DNA of 51,071 nucleotides from Candidatus Limnocylindrales bacterium (GCA_035559535.1 DATMBG010000044.1:186001-237071); one strand, 5' to 3'. Shown: positions 9,706-19,652, counted from the stretch's first letter. Notes: generated from the letters alone by a model not told the origin. Made by a program: numbers and translations.

Positions 9706-10686
9706 ATGAAATATCCATTCAGATTTATCTACTCGTTAATCAGTGCTCTTCTTATCATTTCTGTAGTGTCAGACATGGGTTTTGCACAAACCCGGCTTCG
9801 GGCCTATGTTACCAATGAAAAATCCAATGATGTCCATGTGATTGATATAACGACCGATAAAGTCATTACCAAGATACCGGCCGGGGATAGACCTCGTGGA
9901 ATTGCTATTACACCGGATAAAACCAAAATCTATGTATCTAACGGTAAATCCAATGATATAACCCTTATCGATCCGGTTACGAATAAGGTCATAGAGACCA
10001 TTCCAGGTCCTGAGGACCCGGAAGGTTTGAACATTACCCCTGACGGTAAGCAACTTTATATTGTCAGTGAAAATGGTGGATTTACCAGAGTTTTAGGATT
10101 ACCCGACCATAAACAGTTGGCCGACATTCCCGTGGGTCTGGAGCCAGAAACCGTGGTGATCAGCCCCGACGGAACGAAAGCCTATGTCCCTCACGAAAGC
10201 TCCAACGATGTCTATGTAATCTCTACCCAAGAGCACAGGGTTATTGCAAAAATTCCCGTGGGACAAAATCCACGGGGAGTGGCTTTTTCTCCAGATGGAA
10301 AAAGGGCCTATGTATCCAACGAACGCTCGGGAGATCTTTATGTTCTAGATACCGAAAAGAATCAAGTCCTGGAAAAGGTTAAATTGGGGGAAAGACCGGT
10401 GGGAATCTCTGTTTCTCCCGATGGGAAGAGAATCTACATTGCCCACGGTAAATCCGATGAGGTTAAGGTTTTGGATGGGACAACACTTAAAGAGGTAACT
10501 TCGATTCCGGTTCAAGGGGGAAGGGCCTGGTGGACTGGGCTGACTCCGGATGGGAAGAAGCTTTATGTGACCGTAGGTCGAGCCAATTCGGTAGCGGTTA
10601 TAGATACGGCTTCCAACAAAGTCTTAACCATGATTCCGGTGGGGGAACTTCCCTGGGGGATTATCATTGCAGAAATTCCGAAATAA
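9706..10686 (+). CDS. YVTN-family beta-propeller, PQQ-catabolism-associated type
   Basis: Signal peptide; AYVTNEKSNDVHVID start; seven P.G...(S/T)PDGK..YV repeats; GGAGG RBS. Confidence 0.85.
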   Translation: MKYPFRFIYSLISALLIISVVSDMGFAQTRLRAYVTNEKSNDVHVIDITTDKVITKIPAGDRPRGIAITPDKTKIYVSNGKSNDITLIDPVTNKVIETIPGPEDPEGLNITPDGKQLYIVSENGGFTRVLGLPDHKQLADIPVGLEPETVVISPDGTKAYVPHESSNDVYVISTQEHRVIAKIPVGQNPRGVAFSPDGKRAYVSNERSGDLYVLDTEKNQVLEKVKLGERPVGISVSPDGKRIYIAHGKSDEVKVLDGTTLKEVTSIPVQGGRAWWTGLTPDGKKLYVTVGRANSVAVIDTASNKVLTMIPVGELPWGIIIAEIPK

Positions 10687-10808
10687 ATAAGAAAGAAAGG
10701 TAAGGAACCGTGAGTCGTGGATGTGGATAAAAATAGATGGGTAAAGGGGTCCGCCGATCGCCTTTACTTTCTATTCTTTATTGCCTACAGCCCGCAGTTC
10801 TACTATTT

Positions 10809-11315
10809 ATGAACTTACAATATCCCTTGAAATCAACGCCATATCATCCTGATTATGGATTGGCTGTTATTCGAATTGTAACCGGAATCTGGTTTCTTAA
10901 ATCGGCCTTTACGAAATTAAGTTTACCCCTCCCCATTGTTTCAGAGGATTATATTAATCGACTTCCCAAGCTTTTACAAAGATATGCCAGTGAGAATCCC
11001 ATAGAGTGGTATAAAAGTTTCCTGGAACATACGGCCATTCCCCAGGCAAAGCTTTTTGCTTTCTTAACGGCTTATGGTGAAACCGGGGTTGGTTTAGGGC
11101 TAACTTTAGGTCTTTTAACCGTTTTTTGTGCTTTTGTGGGTTTATTCTTGAGCATTGTCTATGGTCTGGCAACTCACTGGATGAGCCCAGGACAAATGGG
11201 CTTTCACGTTTTATTGGTTACCTGTATGCTGGTTTTCTTATTTACCCGCGCCGGTCGTACCCTTGGGATTGATAGATGGCTGGCTCAGAAATTTCCGCAG
11301 GGTCTATTTTGGTGA
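10809..11315 (+). CDS. DoxX/DoxD-family membrane protein
   Basis: LAVIRIVTGIWFLKSAFTK, AYGE..VGLGLTLG, AGRTLGID. Start uncertain (10737 or 10809). Confidence 0.8.
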   Translation: MNLQYPLKSTPYHPDYGLAVIRIVTGIWFLKSAFTKLSLPLPIVSEDYINRLPKLLQRYASENPIEWYKSFLEHTAIPQAKLFAFLTAYGETGVGLGLTLGLLTVFCAFVGLFLSIVYGLATHWMSPGQMGFHVLLVTCMLVFLFTRAGRTLGIDRWLAQKFPQGLFW

Positions 11316-11437
11316 ATAAAGGGATATTGAATTTTTCAAATAAACCTTTGAACCTGATGATTCCTTTCCTAGCCCGATTAAAGATAGAAGATGGAAGGAA
11401 CCTTTCCAGGTTTTGGAACCCCTGAAAGGTCCGTTTT

Positions 11438-12910
11438 ATGAACGTCCGAACTAAATTTCAGATCACCTATTTAATTATGTTTCTCTCCACCCTATTCGTC
11501 GGAGGGGTAGCTATCTGGGCTATAGAGAACTGGAATCATACGGCCAATGAGCTTACCCATGCTTATCATCAAGGCCTTCGAACCGAGAAGCTCCGGAGTA
11601 ATATCTATCGACAAATCAAAGATACTCTGTTTGCTTTCATGGATGGGGAGGATTCCCAGACCATTGAAGCAGAATTTAGCCGATTGGAGGAGGAGATTAA
11701 AGAACAGTTTAAAGAACTTGATAGAAATGTAAAAACCGACGAGGAACGCACCTACGCCCAGGATCTCCAGCGAACTCACCAACAAATTGCAGATTGGATT
11801 CATACCATGCTCATGCAGTTTGATAAGACGACCGATGTCAGTAAGTGGGCTTTTGAGTATCGGTTGGAAAGATGGACCTTCAAGGAGCAAGAACGCTTGG
11901 TTGATCTTCTCAAAAAATATTATGAGAAGGAAGCCAATCGCCTGGTCCAACACGCTGCTTCTGTGGAAAGTCTGGCCAAGATCCTGGTTATTTTAGTTTT
12001 TGGCCTGGTCCTGGCACAGGTGATCGTTTTTATCTTGAGCACCCATCGCTGGCTGGTCTTACCCATTGCTCAAATCAGTCGATCCACAGAGATCATCAGT
12101 ACAGGCAATTTAGATCACCGAATCGATATTCAATCCCGAGATGAACTTGGAAGACTGGCCCAGTCGATAAATAAAATGGCCTATTCTTTACATGAAATTC
12201 AGAACCGACTCATCCAGTCAGAGCGTTTAGCAGCCATCGGAGAATTGACTTCCTATGTAGCCCATAATATTCGCAATCCTTTAGCAGGCATACGATATGC
12301 GGCTCAAGTCAGCTTGGATGACCTTAAAGAACAAGACTACAAAGGGGTTAAAGAAGCATTGGAGGATATTGTCTCGGCCACGGATAAATTGGGAAACTGG
12401 GTTCAGCATCTGCTCTCTTATATTCGTCCTCTTAAACTGAACCTTGTTAAATGTGATCTTCATCAGCTTATCCAGAACAGCGTTTCGGTACTTAAACCCA
12501 AGGTTTTAGATCAAGACCTATCCCTGGAATTGGATCTTCAACCTTCTGTGCTTGAGGCATGGGTAGATGCCAATTACCTGGAACAGGTTATCACGGCACT
12601 TATTCTGAATGCCATCGAGGCCTCTTCCTCTAAAGGAAGGATTACCATAAAATCTCGAATTCTTCAAGAAAATTCAGGGACGGAATGGATCCATATTCAG
12701 GTTGCAGATGAAGGTAAAGGGATGCCACCGGAAGTATTGGCTAAAATCGGTACACCGTATTTTACCACCAAGAGTTATGGAACCGGCTTAGGTCTAGCTA
12801 TGGCCCATAAAATCATTGCGTACCATCAAGGTACACTGACGTTTTCAAGTGAGCAAGGTCACGGTACTGTAGCTGAAATTAAATTACCTCTTAAAAGAGA
12901 GAATAATTAA
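11438..12910 (+). CDS. Sensor histidine kinase (2 TM, helical periplasmic domain, HAMP)
   Basis: SRDELGRLA HAMP, VAHNIRNPL H-box, NAIEA, DEGKG, YFTTK..GTGLGL. Confidence 0.95.
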   Translation: MNVRTKFQITYLIMFLSTLFVGGVAIWAIENWNHTANELTHAYHQGLRTEKLRSNIYRQIKDTLFAFMDGEDSQTIEAEFSRLEEEIKEQFKELDRNVKTDEERTYAQDLQRTHQQIADWIHTMLMQFDKTTDVSKWAFEYRLERWTFKEQERLVDLLKKYYEKEANRLVQHAASVESLAKILVILVFGLVLAQVIVFILSTHRWLVLPIAQISRSTEIISTGNLDHRIDIQSRDELGRLAQSINKMAYSLHEIQNRLIQSERLAAIGELTSYVAHNIRNPLAGIRYAAQVSLDDLKEQDYKGVKEALEDIVSATDKLGNWVQHLLSYIRPLKLNLVKCDLHQLIQNSVSVLKPKVLDQDLSLELDLQPSVLEAWVDANYLEQVITALILNAIEASSSKGRITIKSRILQENSGTEWIHIQVADEGKGMPPEVLAKIGTPYFTTKSYGTGLGLAMAHKIIAYHQGTLTFSSEQGHGTVAEIKLPLKRENN

Positions 12911-13028
12911 ATAATTAAAATTAAAAGGCAAAAAGTGGGGGTAAAAAAATAAAGGAATTTTTTCCTTAATTTTTGCCTTTGGGTGGTTGGTTTATGTTTG
13001 CTTTTTGCCTTTTGATTTTAATTTAAAA

Positions 13029-14420
13029 ATGGCACGGATCGTTATTATTGAGGATGAGACCATCCTGGCAAAATCTATTGCCCGATCGCTGATGAAGATT
13101 GGTCATGAATGCTTACTGGCCGAAACGGCCGAAGAAGGACTAAAGCTGATCGGAGAGAAAAGACCTGATTTAGTTCTCCTGGATATGAAATTACCCGGTA
13201 TGACCGGACTAGAAGCCCTACACCAGATCAAAGCGATCGATCCGGATATTCTGGTTATTATTATTACTGCCCATAGTACCGTCGAAACGGCTGTGGAGGC
13301 CATGAAATCGGGTGCGTATGACTATCTGCAAAAACCTCTAGATAAGGATGAGTTGATTCTTATTATCGACAGAGCTCTGGAGCGGGATCAACTTAAACAT
13401 AAGCTTTCGTACTATCAACAGAAAGAAGCCGAGCAGTTCAGTCAGCTAAAAATCCTGGGGGAATGTCCGGCTATTCAGCAGATTAAAACCTTTATCGAAC
13501 GAATTTCTCGATTTGATCCCAATTCCAGTGCAGATCTTCCAACGGTTTTACTTTCTGGAGAAACCGGAACCGGTAAAGATCTGGTTGCCCGGGTCATCCA
13601 TGCAAAAAGTCCGTTTGCCGACCAGCCTTTTGTTGAGATAAACTGTACGGCTCTCCCCGACAGTCTCATTGAATCGGAGCTTTTTGGTTATGAAAAGGGG
13701 GCTTTTACAGATGCACGAACTTCCAAGCAAGGATTATTTGAGGCCGCAAATGGAGGTTCCATTTTCTTGAATGAAGTCGGAGAACTCAATCTGCAAGCTC
13801 AAGCCAAATTGCTGAAGGTCATCGAGCAGAAACAGGTTCGTCGACTCGGAAGTGTTCGAGATCGCCGGGTGAATGTCAGGATTATTGCCGCGACGAATCG
13901 AGATCTGGAGAAAGCCGTTCAAGAAGGGAAGTTTAGAGAAGATCTTTTTTATCGACTAAAAGTTATTACGATCCAGCTTCCTCCTTTACGGGAGCGGGGA
14001 GAGGATATCCTCCTCCTTGCGGAGCATTTCCTGAAAGAGTTTATTCGTAAATACAACAGCCCGCCCAAGTCTTTTAGTGAGGCGGCTATTCAAGCCATGA
14101 AGCAGTATTCCTGGCCAGGTAATGTAAGGGAGTTGGCCCATGTCATTGAAAGAGCGGTTTTGATGAGTGATCATCCTACCCTTTCGCCGGCTAATCTAGG
14201 TTTAGAAAATCAGTATCCCATCTTCCATACCACACCGGATAATCAACTTCAGATTGAATTTCCCAGTACCGGTATCAATCTGGAAGACGTTGAGCGGCAA
14301 CTTATCGAGAAAGCCCTGGAAATTACCCGGGGTAATGTGACAGAAGCAGCCCGTAAATTAGGAATCGGTCGAGAGGCTCTCCGATACCGGGTACAAAAAC
14401 ATGGTATCAAAATCGGTTGA
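13029..14420 (+). CDS. Sigma-54-dependent response regulator (NtrC/AtoC family)
   Basis: Receiver domain (IIEDE, LLDMKLP), GETGTGK, ESELFGYEKGAFTDA, FREDLFYRL, WPGNVREL, Fis-type HTH. Confidence 0.95.
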   Translation: MARIVIIEDETILAKSIARSLMKIGHECLLAETAEEGLKLIGEKRPDLVLLDMKLPGMTGLEALHQIKAIDPDILVIIITAHSTVETAVEAMKSGAYDYLQKPLDKDELILIIDRALERDQLKHKLSYYQQKEAEQFSQLKILGECPAIQQIKTFIERISRFDPNSSADLPTVLLSGETGTGKDLVARVIHAKSPFADQPFVEINCTALPDSLIESELFGYEKGAFTDARTSKQGLFEAANGGSIFLNEVGELNLQAQAKLLKVIEQKQVRRLGSVRDRRVNVRIIAATNRDLEKAVQEGKFREDLFYRLKVITIQLPPLRERGEDILLLAEHFLKEFIRKYNSPPKSFSEAAIQAMKQYSWPGNVRELAHVIERAVLMSDHPTLSPANLGLENQYPIFHTTPDNQLQIEFPSTGINLEDVERQLIEKALEITRGNVTEAARKLGIGREALRYRVQKHGIKIG

Positions 14421-14445
14421 AATCAACCAATGGTTTATTTCAACC
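14415..14445. promoter_or_regulatory. Tandem palindromic boxes, putative enhancer (UAS) for the sigma-54 activator
   Basis: GGTTGAAATCAACC-AAT-GGTTTATTTCAACC, about 100-130 bp upstream of the -24 element, followed by an AT-rich spacer. Confidence 0.6.
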
Positions 14446-14546
14446 AGGTTATATGCCCCATTTAAAAATTTTTAAGTAACCTGCCTTTCCTGCAAGTCTT
14501 TAACTTTAAATATCTTACATATCCTCCCCCATAAAATTTGCTTAGA

Positions 14547-14561
14547 TGGTATAGTTATTGC
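14547..14561 (+). promoter_or_regulatory. Sigma-54 -24/-12 promoter
   Basis: TGGTATAGTTATTGC = GG-N10-GC matching TGGYRY-N5-TTGC, directly downstream of an enhancer-binding protein gene. Confidence 0.75.
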
Positions 14562-14738
14562 CTATGAAAGAAGCTGATAGAAGATTTATACCCATGGAAC
14601 AGATAACCCTTTGCCTCACAAGAGGGATACGAGAGGCTGGAGTTTCAGTTCCTAAAAGGAATGGATGGGAAATTAGGCTTATACACTAGACAAAATTTGC
14701 CCATAGATAAGGTGAAACCTTTACTCTAAAGGACTATT

Positions 14739-15272
14739 ATGAAGATAAAAAGAATTGTAATTCTTATCTTTTTTGCAGTAATGATTTCTCAATTGGTTTT
14801 TGCCCAGGAGCAACCCCAGCTTAAGATAGCCGTATGGGATCTTAAGCTAGATCTTAGCCTGGCTAACGCAAGTGCTCCTGAAGATCAAGAGGTTGTGAAA
14901 AGAGCGAGCGATCGGTTACGGGCAGAAATAAATAAGAAGGTCCATTATGCTTTGATAGATCCAACCCAAGTCAATCAGGTCCTTGAATCCCTGAAGGCAA
15001 AGGGATCTGGGTGTGGGAGTTATGAATGTATTTTAGAAGCTGGAAGGATTCTGAAGGCAGATCGCGCGCTTGTAGGTAAGATTGTCAAGATCAGTACACT
15101 TATTTCCATCGTATCTGCCCAAATGGTAGACGTAAAGTCGGGTAAAATTTTAAAAGAAGAAATTTTTGAATTAAAGGGAAATTTTCCGGATATTATACCT
15201 CAGGGTATGCCTGCTTTATCACGTCGGATAACCGAAGAATCGGATGACAGGTTTCCCCTGTCTTTACAGTGA
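14739..15272 (+). CDS. Secreted DUF3280/DUF2380-like protein
   Basis: Signal peptide ending VFA; C...EC..EAGRILKADRALVGKIVKISTLI...MVDVKSGK pattern. Confidence 0.65.
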   Translation: MKIKRIVILIFFAVMISQLVFAQEQPQLKIAVWDLKLDLSLANASAPEDQEVVKRASDRLRAEINKKVHYALIDPTQVNQVLESLKAKGSGCGSYECILEAGRILKADRALVGKIVKISTLISIVSAQMVDVKSGKILKEEIFELKGNFPDIIPQGMPALSRRITEESDDRFPLSLQ

Positions 15273-15368
15273 GGATAACCTTAAAGGAGGGATAACGGGA
15301 CCGGATCAATGATCCCTCATCCAGGGTTAAAGAGATGAAGGATCATTGTTGAGGAGTGATTAAGGCTT

Positions 15369-16250
15369 ATGAGTCAAAAGGAACGAAACGAAGAGATTTT
15401 AAATATCCAGGAATTAGGTTCAGGAGAAATCCAAAAAAAGATGGCCCAGGGTTGTGATACCGTGCTGATTCCCATTGGAAGTTGTGAGCGACATGGCAAT
15501 CCTTATACTCCTTTGGGAACCGATGGGCTTGTGAGTTTTGCCATAGTGGAACGGGCTGCCCGAAAAGCGGACGTATTGTATACCCCTCTTATGCCATTCG
15601 GGTATGCTCCCCACCATATGGGAAAAGTAGGTGAGGGGGCTGGAACGATCACGCTCTCTGCCGAGACCTATCGACGGGTTCTCATGGATATCGGTCGAAG
15701 CCTTATTTTTCATGGATTTAATAAGCTCATTTTTGTATCTTTCCACAGCTTCAACGTAACCAACGCCGAAGAAGTGCTTTTTTCGCTTCGATTTCATACA
15801 GGGGCTTTTGTAGCCTTTTACGGTGGGCGAGAAACCCCCAATGTCCAACAAATACTTGGGTCTACCCCGGATCGATTGGCCAGTGATTTTGAAGCTTCCA
15901 TGATTCTTGCGCTGATGGGTGATAAAGGTCTTCATGAGGAACATATGAACCGATCGTACCGGATTCATGCACCAGAATGGATGGGGTCTGCATTTACAAA
16001 ACGAGCTGGAACCGGTATGGCTGTGAACTTCAAAGGCTCTGAAAATATCTTCTTGGGCATGGACGATTTTGAATTTGTCGAACCGGTTTCTCGGGTTGAT
16101 CAGGGAGTTTCCAAGGCCAGTGCTGAAAAAGGCAGAATGATTCTGGATCGGGCCGCACAAGACCTGGCCGAGTTTGTAGAAGAAGTTAAAAAGATGAAAA
16201 TCGAAGTCAGGAACCGAGACTTCCCAGACAGAGCAAGACCTCTCTTTTAG
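15369..16250 (+). CDS. Creatininase/MftE-family amidohydrolase (divergent)
   Basis: PIGSCERHG..PLGTD, GYAPHHM..GTITL, GFNKLIFVSFHSFN, ASAEKG. Confidence 0.88.
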   Translation: MSQKERNEEILNIQELGSGEIQKKMAQGCDTVLIPIGSCERHGNPYTPLGTDGLVSFAIVERAARKADVLYTPLMPFGYAPHHMGKVGEGAGTITLSAETYRRVLMDIGRSLIFHGFNKLIFVSFHSFNVTNAEEVLFSLRFHTGAFVAFYGGRETPNVQQILGSTPDRLASDFEASMILALMGDKGLHEEHMNRSYRIHAPEWMGSAFTKRAGTGMAVNFKGSENIFLGMDDFEFVEPVSRVDQGVSKASAEKGRMILDRAAQDLAEFVEEVKKMKIEVRNRDFPDRARPLF

Positions 16251-16319
16251 CTTGAGACTTAAGGTTTGAGGCTTAGGATGCCTGAGCCTTAAGCCCCCGT
16301 CTCTGGCCTCTTAACTAAA

Positions 16320-17321
16320 ATGAAATTTGGATTTTTCGTAACCGGAACCGCTTCGGCGGATTATGCAGAGCTATTGGAGCAGGCTATATATGGTGAAGAA
16401 TTAGGATTTGATACGGTCTGGTTAAGGGAACGGCACTTCAATACCGTTGCCGGGCGTAATCTTTGGCCATCCCCTTTGATCATTGGGGCTTATATTGCTG
16501 CAAAAACAAGTCGGCTCCGCATTGGAATTGGGAGCCGTATTTTACCGCTGGACCATCCCATTCATATCGCTGAGGATGCGGCTACAGTCGATGTAATCAG
16601 CGGGGGAAGACTGGATTTTGGAGTTGCCAGAGTGGGAGAAAACGAGCTCTACCAACGAGGATTTGGAGTACCTCAGGAAGAGACCCGGGGAAGGTTTGAA
16701 GAAAGCCTGGATATTATTCTTCAGGCCTGGACTCAGCAACGTATTTCCTATCAAGGTAAGTATTATAAAATTCCAGAAGTAACCATTCTCCCCAAGCCCA
16801 TTCAGCGTCCTCACCCCCCGGTGTTTGTGGTCGGAAAGGGTCCGGAAAGCCTAAGCCTGGCCGCCAGAAAAGGTTTCCCTATTTTCATTGCGGCGGCTCA
16901 AATGATTCCAGAAGTGAAGAAAACCCAAGAGTTTTACTGGAAAGAGCTGGAAGCCGCAGGCCACAGCCGGGATCGAATAGAACTCCCTGTTAACCGCTTT
17001 ATCTATGTGGCGGAAACCATGGCAAAGGCCAAAGCAGAAATGGAAGAACCCTTCATGGCCTTCTTGAGCCGGGGCACCACGTCAGATATTAAAGAATATT
17101 TCTTCCGGGAAGAAAAAGATTTAACATTCGATAACTTGTTCAAGGAAGCCTGTATATTTGGAGATCCTGATTACTGCATCCAACAAATCCAGCGACTCCA
17201 GAAAGAAATCGATTTAAAATACCTGCTCTGTACCTTTAATTATTTCACCATCGATCTCAAGCAGAGCCTCAAGTCCATGGAGATGTTTGCGAAATACGTC
17301 ATGCCCCATTTTAAAAAGTAA
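16320..17321 (+). CDS. Luciferase-like (LLM) flavin-dependent oxidoreductase, copy 1
   Basis: EELGFDTVWL, AAKTSRLRIG, HPIHIAEDAATVDVISGGRLDFG, PKPIQRPHPP, FAKYVMPHF. Confidence 0.92.
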   Translation: MKFGFFVTGTASADYAELLEQAIYGEELGFDTVWLRERHFNTVAGRNLWPSPLIIGAYIAAKTSRLRIGIGSRILPLDHPIHIAEDAATVDVISGGRLDFGVARVGENELYQRGFGVPQEETRGRFEESLDIILQAWTQQRISYQGKYYKIPEVTILPKPIQRPHPPVFVVGKGPESLSLAARKGFPIFIAAAQMIPEVKKTQEFYWKELEAAGHSRDRIELPVNRFIYVAETMAKAKAEMEEPFMAFLSRGTTSDIKEYFFREEKDLTFDNLFKEACIFGDPDYCIQQIQRLQKEIDLKYLLCTFNYFTIDLKQSLKSMEMFAKYVMPHFKK

Positions 17322-17437
17322 ATAGTTAAGGTAAATCATACCGGCTAAAGAGGGGGCTTACAGATGTAGAGATTCGGAGCCAGGGGAGGAAAAGATCTCC
17401 GGCTCCGGGTTTCCATACTCTGGTCCTCTGGTTATTG

Positions 17438-18028
17438 ATGCTCTCATCATTAAAGAACGCTGCGCTTCTCATGATAGATTTACAGAGGGATTTTTGTGGA
17501 GTGGATGGGGCATATGCCCGAAATGGGGTCCCGGTAAACGAAATTCGAAAAATTATACCCCCTTTACAAGAGGTAGTTAAAGTTTGTAAAAGGGGAAAAA
17601 TTCCGGTTATTGCTTCTCAATATCTTATTTTAACGGATTTAGAAGGCCAGCCTCTTTTGTCCCCCCAGATTCTTAAAGTGAGACCTTTTCTGGCTAAAGA
17701 GGGTTTCCGACTCGGAACTCCCGGGTTTGAAATCATTGAAGAACTTCCACCACCTGATTATAAAATCGAAAAAGTAGCTTTCAGTGCCTTCTATAATACG
17801 CGTTTGGAGTTTTTATTGAAAAAACTCAATATTACTTCCCTGCTTATAGCAGGGGTTGGGACAAATGGAGCCGTAGAATCAACGGTACGAGATGCCCATT
17901 TAAGAGATTATACCCTCTACCTCCTGGAGGATTGTATGGCCGGATTTAATCCGGCTTTACATGAAGCCAGCTTAAAAAATATGGCAACCCTTGGACAGGT
18001 TATTAACTCTTCCGTTGTCCTTAGTTAA
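17438..18028 (+). CDS. Isochorismatase/cysteine-hydrolase family protein lacking the nucleophile Cys
   Basis: IDLQRDF, EKVAFSAFYNT, AGVGTNGAVESTVRDA. Confidence 0.88.
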   Translation: MLSSLKNAALLMIDLQRDFCGVDGAYARNGVPVNEIRKIIPPLQEVVKVCKRGKIPVIASQYLILTDLEGQPLLSPQILKVRPFLAKEGFRLGTPGFEIIEELPPPDYKIEKVAFSAFYNTRLEFLLKKLNITSLLIAGVGTNGAVESTVRDAHLRDYTLYLLEDCMAGFNPALHEASLKNMATLGQVINSSVVLS

Positions 18029-18034
18029 TAATCT

Positions 18035-18103
18035 GTTGTCCGTTGTAGCCCCACCCCTACCCTCACAGGCGGGGAGGGTAGGGGTGGGGCTACAACGGAC
18101 AAC
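18035..18103. repeat. Perfect 30-bp inverted repeat (REP-like)
   Basis: GTTGTCCGTTGTAGCCCCACCCCTACCCTC (18035-18064) and its exact reverse complement (18074-18103); 9-nt loop. Confidence 0.9.
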
Positions 18104-18120
18104 CCTTCACGGACAAAGTT

Positions 18121-18525
18121 ATGCCGCGATCAGAAACGCTGAGTACTTATATAGATGCCCCGTTTGATAAAGTTTGGGATTTTATTGCCAATCCGGAGAA
18201 TCTTCACCTCTGGACGGTGGATTTTGCGCAGGCTCCCCCTCAAAAGGTAGGTGACCTTTATAAGGTACAAACACCTCGTGGTGAGCGAGATTTATTTGTT
18301 AAACAGAATAAGGAGTTTGGAGTTATCGATTTTTATTTCGGTACGGGAGGTAATTATGGCTGCTCCCCATCTCGGATTATCAGATCTGGAGATGGCGTGA
18401 TTTATATTTTTACCCAATTTGAACCGACAGGGGCTCCCCCTGGGCTGTTTGAGGTTCTGGTTGGAAATGTTAAAAAGGAGCTGGCTATTCTGAAAGATCT
18501 CCTGGAATCTAAAGAAAAAATTTAA
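18121..18525 (+). CDS. SRPBCC/START-fold (polyketide cyclase-like) protein
   Basis: IDAPFDKVWDFIANPENLHLW N-terminus, GVIDF, C-terminal ELAILKDLLE helix. Confidence 0.8.
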   Translation: MPRSETLSTYIDAPFDKVWDFIANPENLHLWTVDFAQAPPQKVGDLYKVQTPRGERDLFVKQNKEFGVIDFYFGTGGNYGCSPSRIIRSGDGVIYIFTQFEPTGAPPGLFEVLVGNVKKELAILKDLLESKEKI

Positions 18526-18550
18526 CCTTACTAAACACGGAGGGAGTGAT

Positions 18551-19546
18551 ATGAAATTCGGGATCTTCATTATGGGCACGCAATGTGGAACCTATTTGGA
18601 TATTTTAGATCAAATGGAATATGCGGAGGAGCTGGGATTTGACGCCGTATGGCTGGCCGAGCGCTATTTCCAGCATAGCCCTCTTCTTTGGCCATCTCCT
18701 TTAACTATTGCGGGTTTTCTGGCAGCCAGAACCAAAAGGATTCGGATTGGACTTGCTGCACGAATTCTACCTTTTCATCACCCTCTTCATGTGGCTGAAG
18801 ACGTGGCTACGGTGGATATTTTAAGCCAGGGACGTTTTAACTTTGGGGTTACACGGGCTGGCCTGGATGAACTCTTCCATCAAGTTTTCCAGGCTCCCCT
18901 CGAAGAAACCCGAGACCGCTTTAAGGAGGCTTTGGATATTATTTTCCAGGCTTGGACTCAACCCAAGGTTTCTTACCAGGGTAAATACTATCAAATACCC
19001 GAAGTAACCGTCTTTCCCAAACCTTTTCAGAAACCGCATCCACCCGTATTTATGGTGGCGAATACCCCAGAATCTATTCAGTTTGCTGCCCAACGAAAGT
19101 ATCCCATTTTTATCAACGGGGCACAGAGAATCCAAGAAATGCAATATAATCAGCAACTCTATTGGAAGGCGTTTGATGAAGCCGGACACGATCGATCTGG
19201 AGTTCATTTGCTGGTAAATCGTTTTATCTATGTAGCCGATACTACGAACCAGGCCCGGGATGAGATGGAAAAACCCTTTATGACCTTCATCGATGAAAAA
19301 GCCCCGGACTTGAAACAATTTCTTATCCGTAAATACGGAGAGAAAGGCCTGGATTTCGATTTCTTAGCCGATAATATTTGTATCTTCGGAGACCCGGCCT
19401 ACTGTGTTAACAGACTTAAAGAACTTCAAGAGAAAATCGACCTTCGTTACCTGCTCTGCACTTTAAACTTTATCACCGTAGACCACCAAAGATGTGTAAA
19501 ATCCATGGAACGATTTGCCCGGGAAGTCATGCCCCATTTCCAATAA
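18551..19546 (+). CDS. Luciferase-like (LLM) flavin-dependent oxidoreductase, copy 2
   Basis: Clear paralog of 16320..17321 (shared WPSPL, RILP.HHP.H.AED, SYQGKYY.IPEVT, VNRFIYVA, CIFGDP.YC). Confidence 0.92.
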   Translation: MKFGIFIMGTQCGTYLDILDQMEYAEELGFDAVWLAERYFQHSPLLWPSPLTIAGFLAARTKRIRIGLAARILPFHHPLHVAEDVATVDILSQGRFNFGVTRAGLDELFHQVFQAPLEETRDRFKEALDIIFQAWTQPKVSYQGKYYQIPEVTVFPKPFQKPHPPVFMVANTPESIQFAAQRKYPIFINGAQRIQEMQYNQQLYWKAFDEAGHDRSGVHLLVNRFIYVADTTNQARDEMEKPFMTFIDEKAPDLKQFLIRKYGEKGLDFDFLADNICIFGDPAYCVNRLKELQEKIDLRYLLCTLNFITVDHQRCVKSMERFAREVMPHFQ

Positions 19547-19555
19547 AACATAATC

Positions 19556-19631
19556 CCAAAGAGCCTGAAGGATATGCCCCACCCCAAACCCCCCTGTGTA
19601 CTGGGAGAGGCATATCCTTCAGGCTCTTTGG
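19556..19631. repeat. 23-bp perfect inverted repeat enclosing a CCCCACCCC-type REP remnant
   Basis: CCAAAGAGCCTGAAGGATATGCC / GGCATATCCTTCAGGCTCTTTGG. Confidence 0.85.
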
Positions 19632-19652
19632 AGTTAAAACTCTTCTGTATCC

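Noticed and set aside
14564-14689. 41-aa ORF (MKEADRR...GWEIRLIH) as a PqqA- or MftA-like precursor for the creatininase/MftE homolog
   Set aside because: No ExxxY or IDGMCGVY core, it overlaps the promoter and predicted TSS, has no RBS, and the operon has no SPASM radical SAM.
16320-19546. Bioluminescence (luxAB) operon
   Set aside because: No luxCDE or luxG, and the luciferase catalytic His is replaced.
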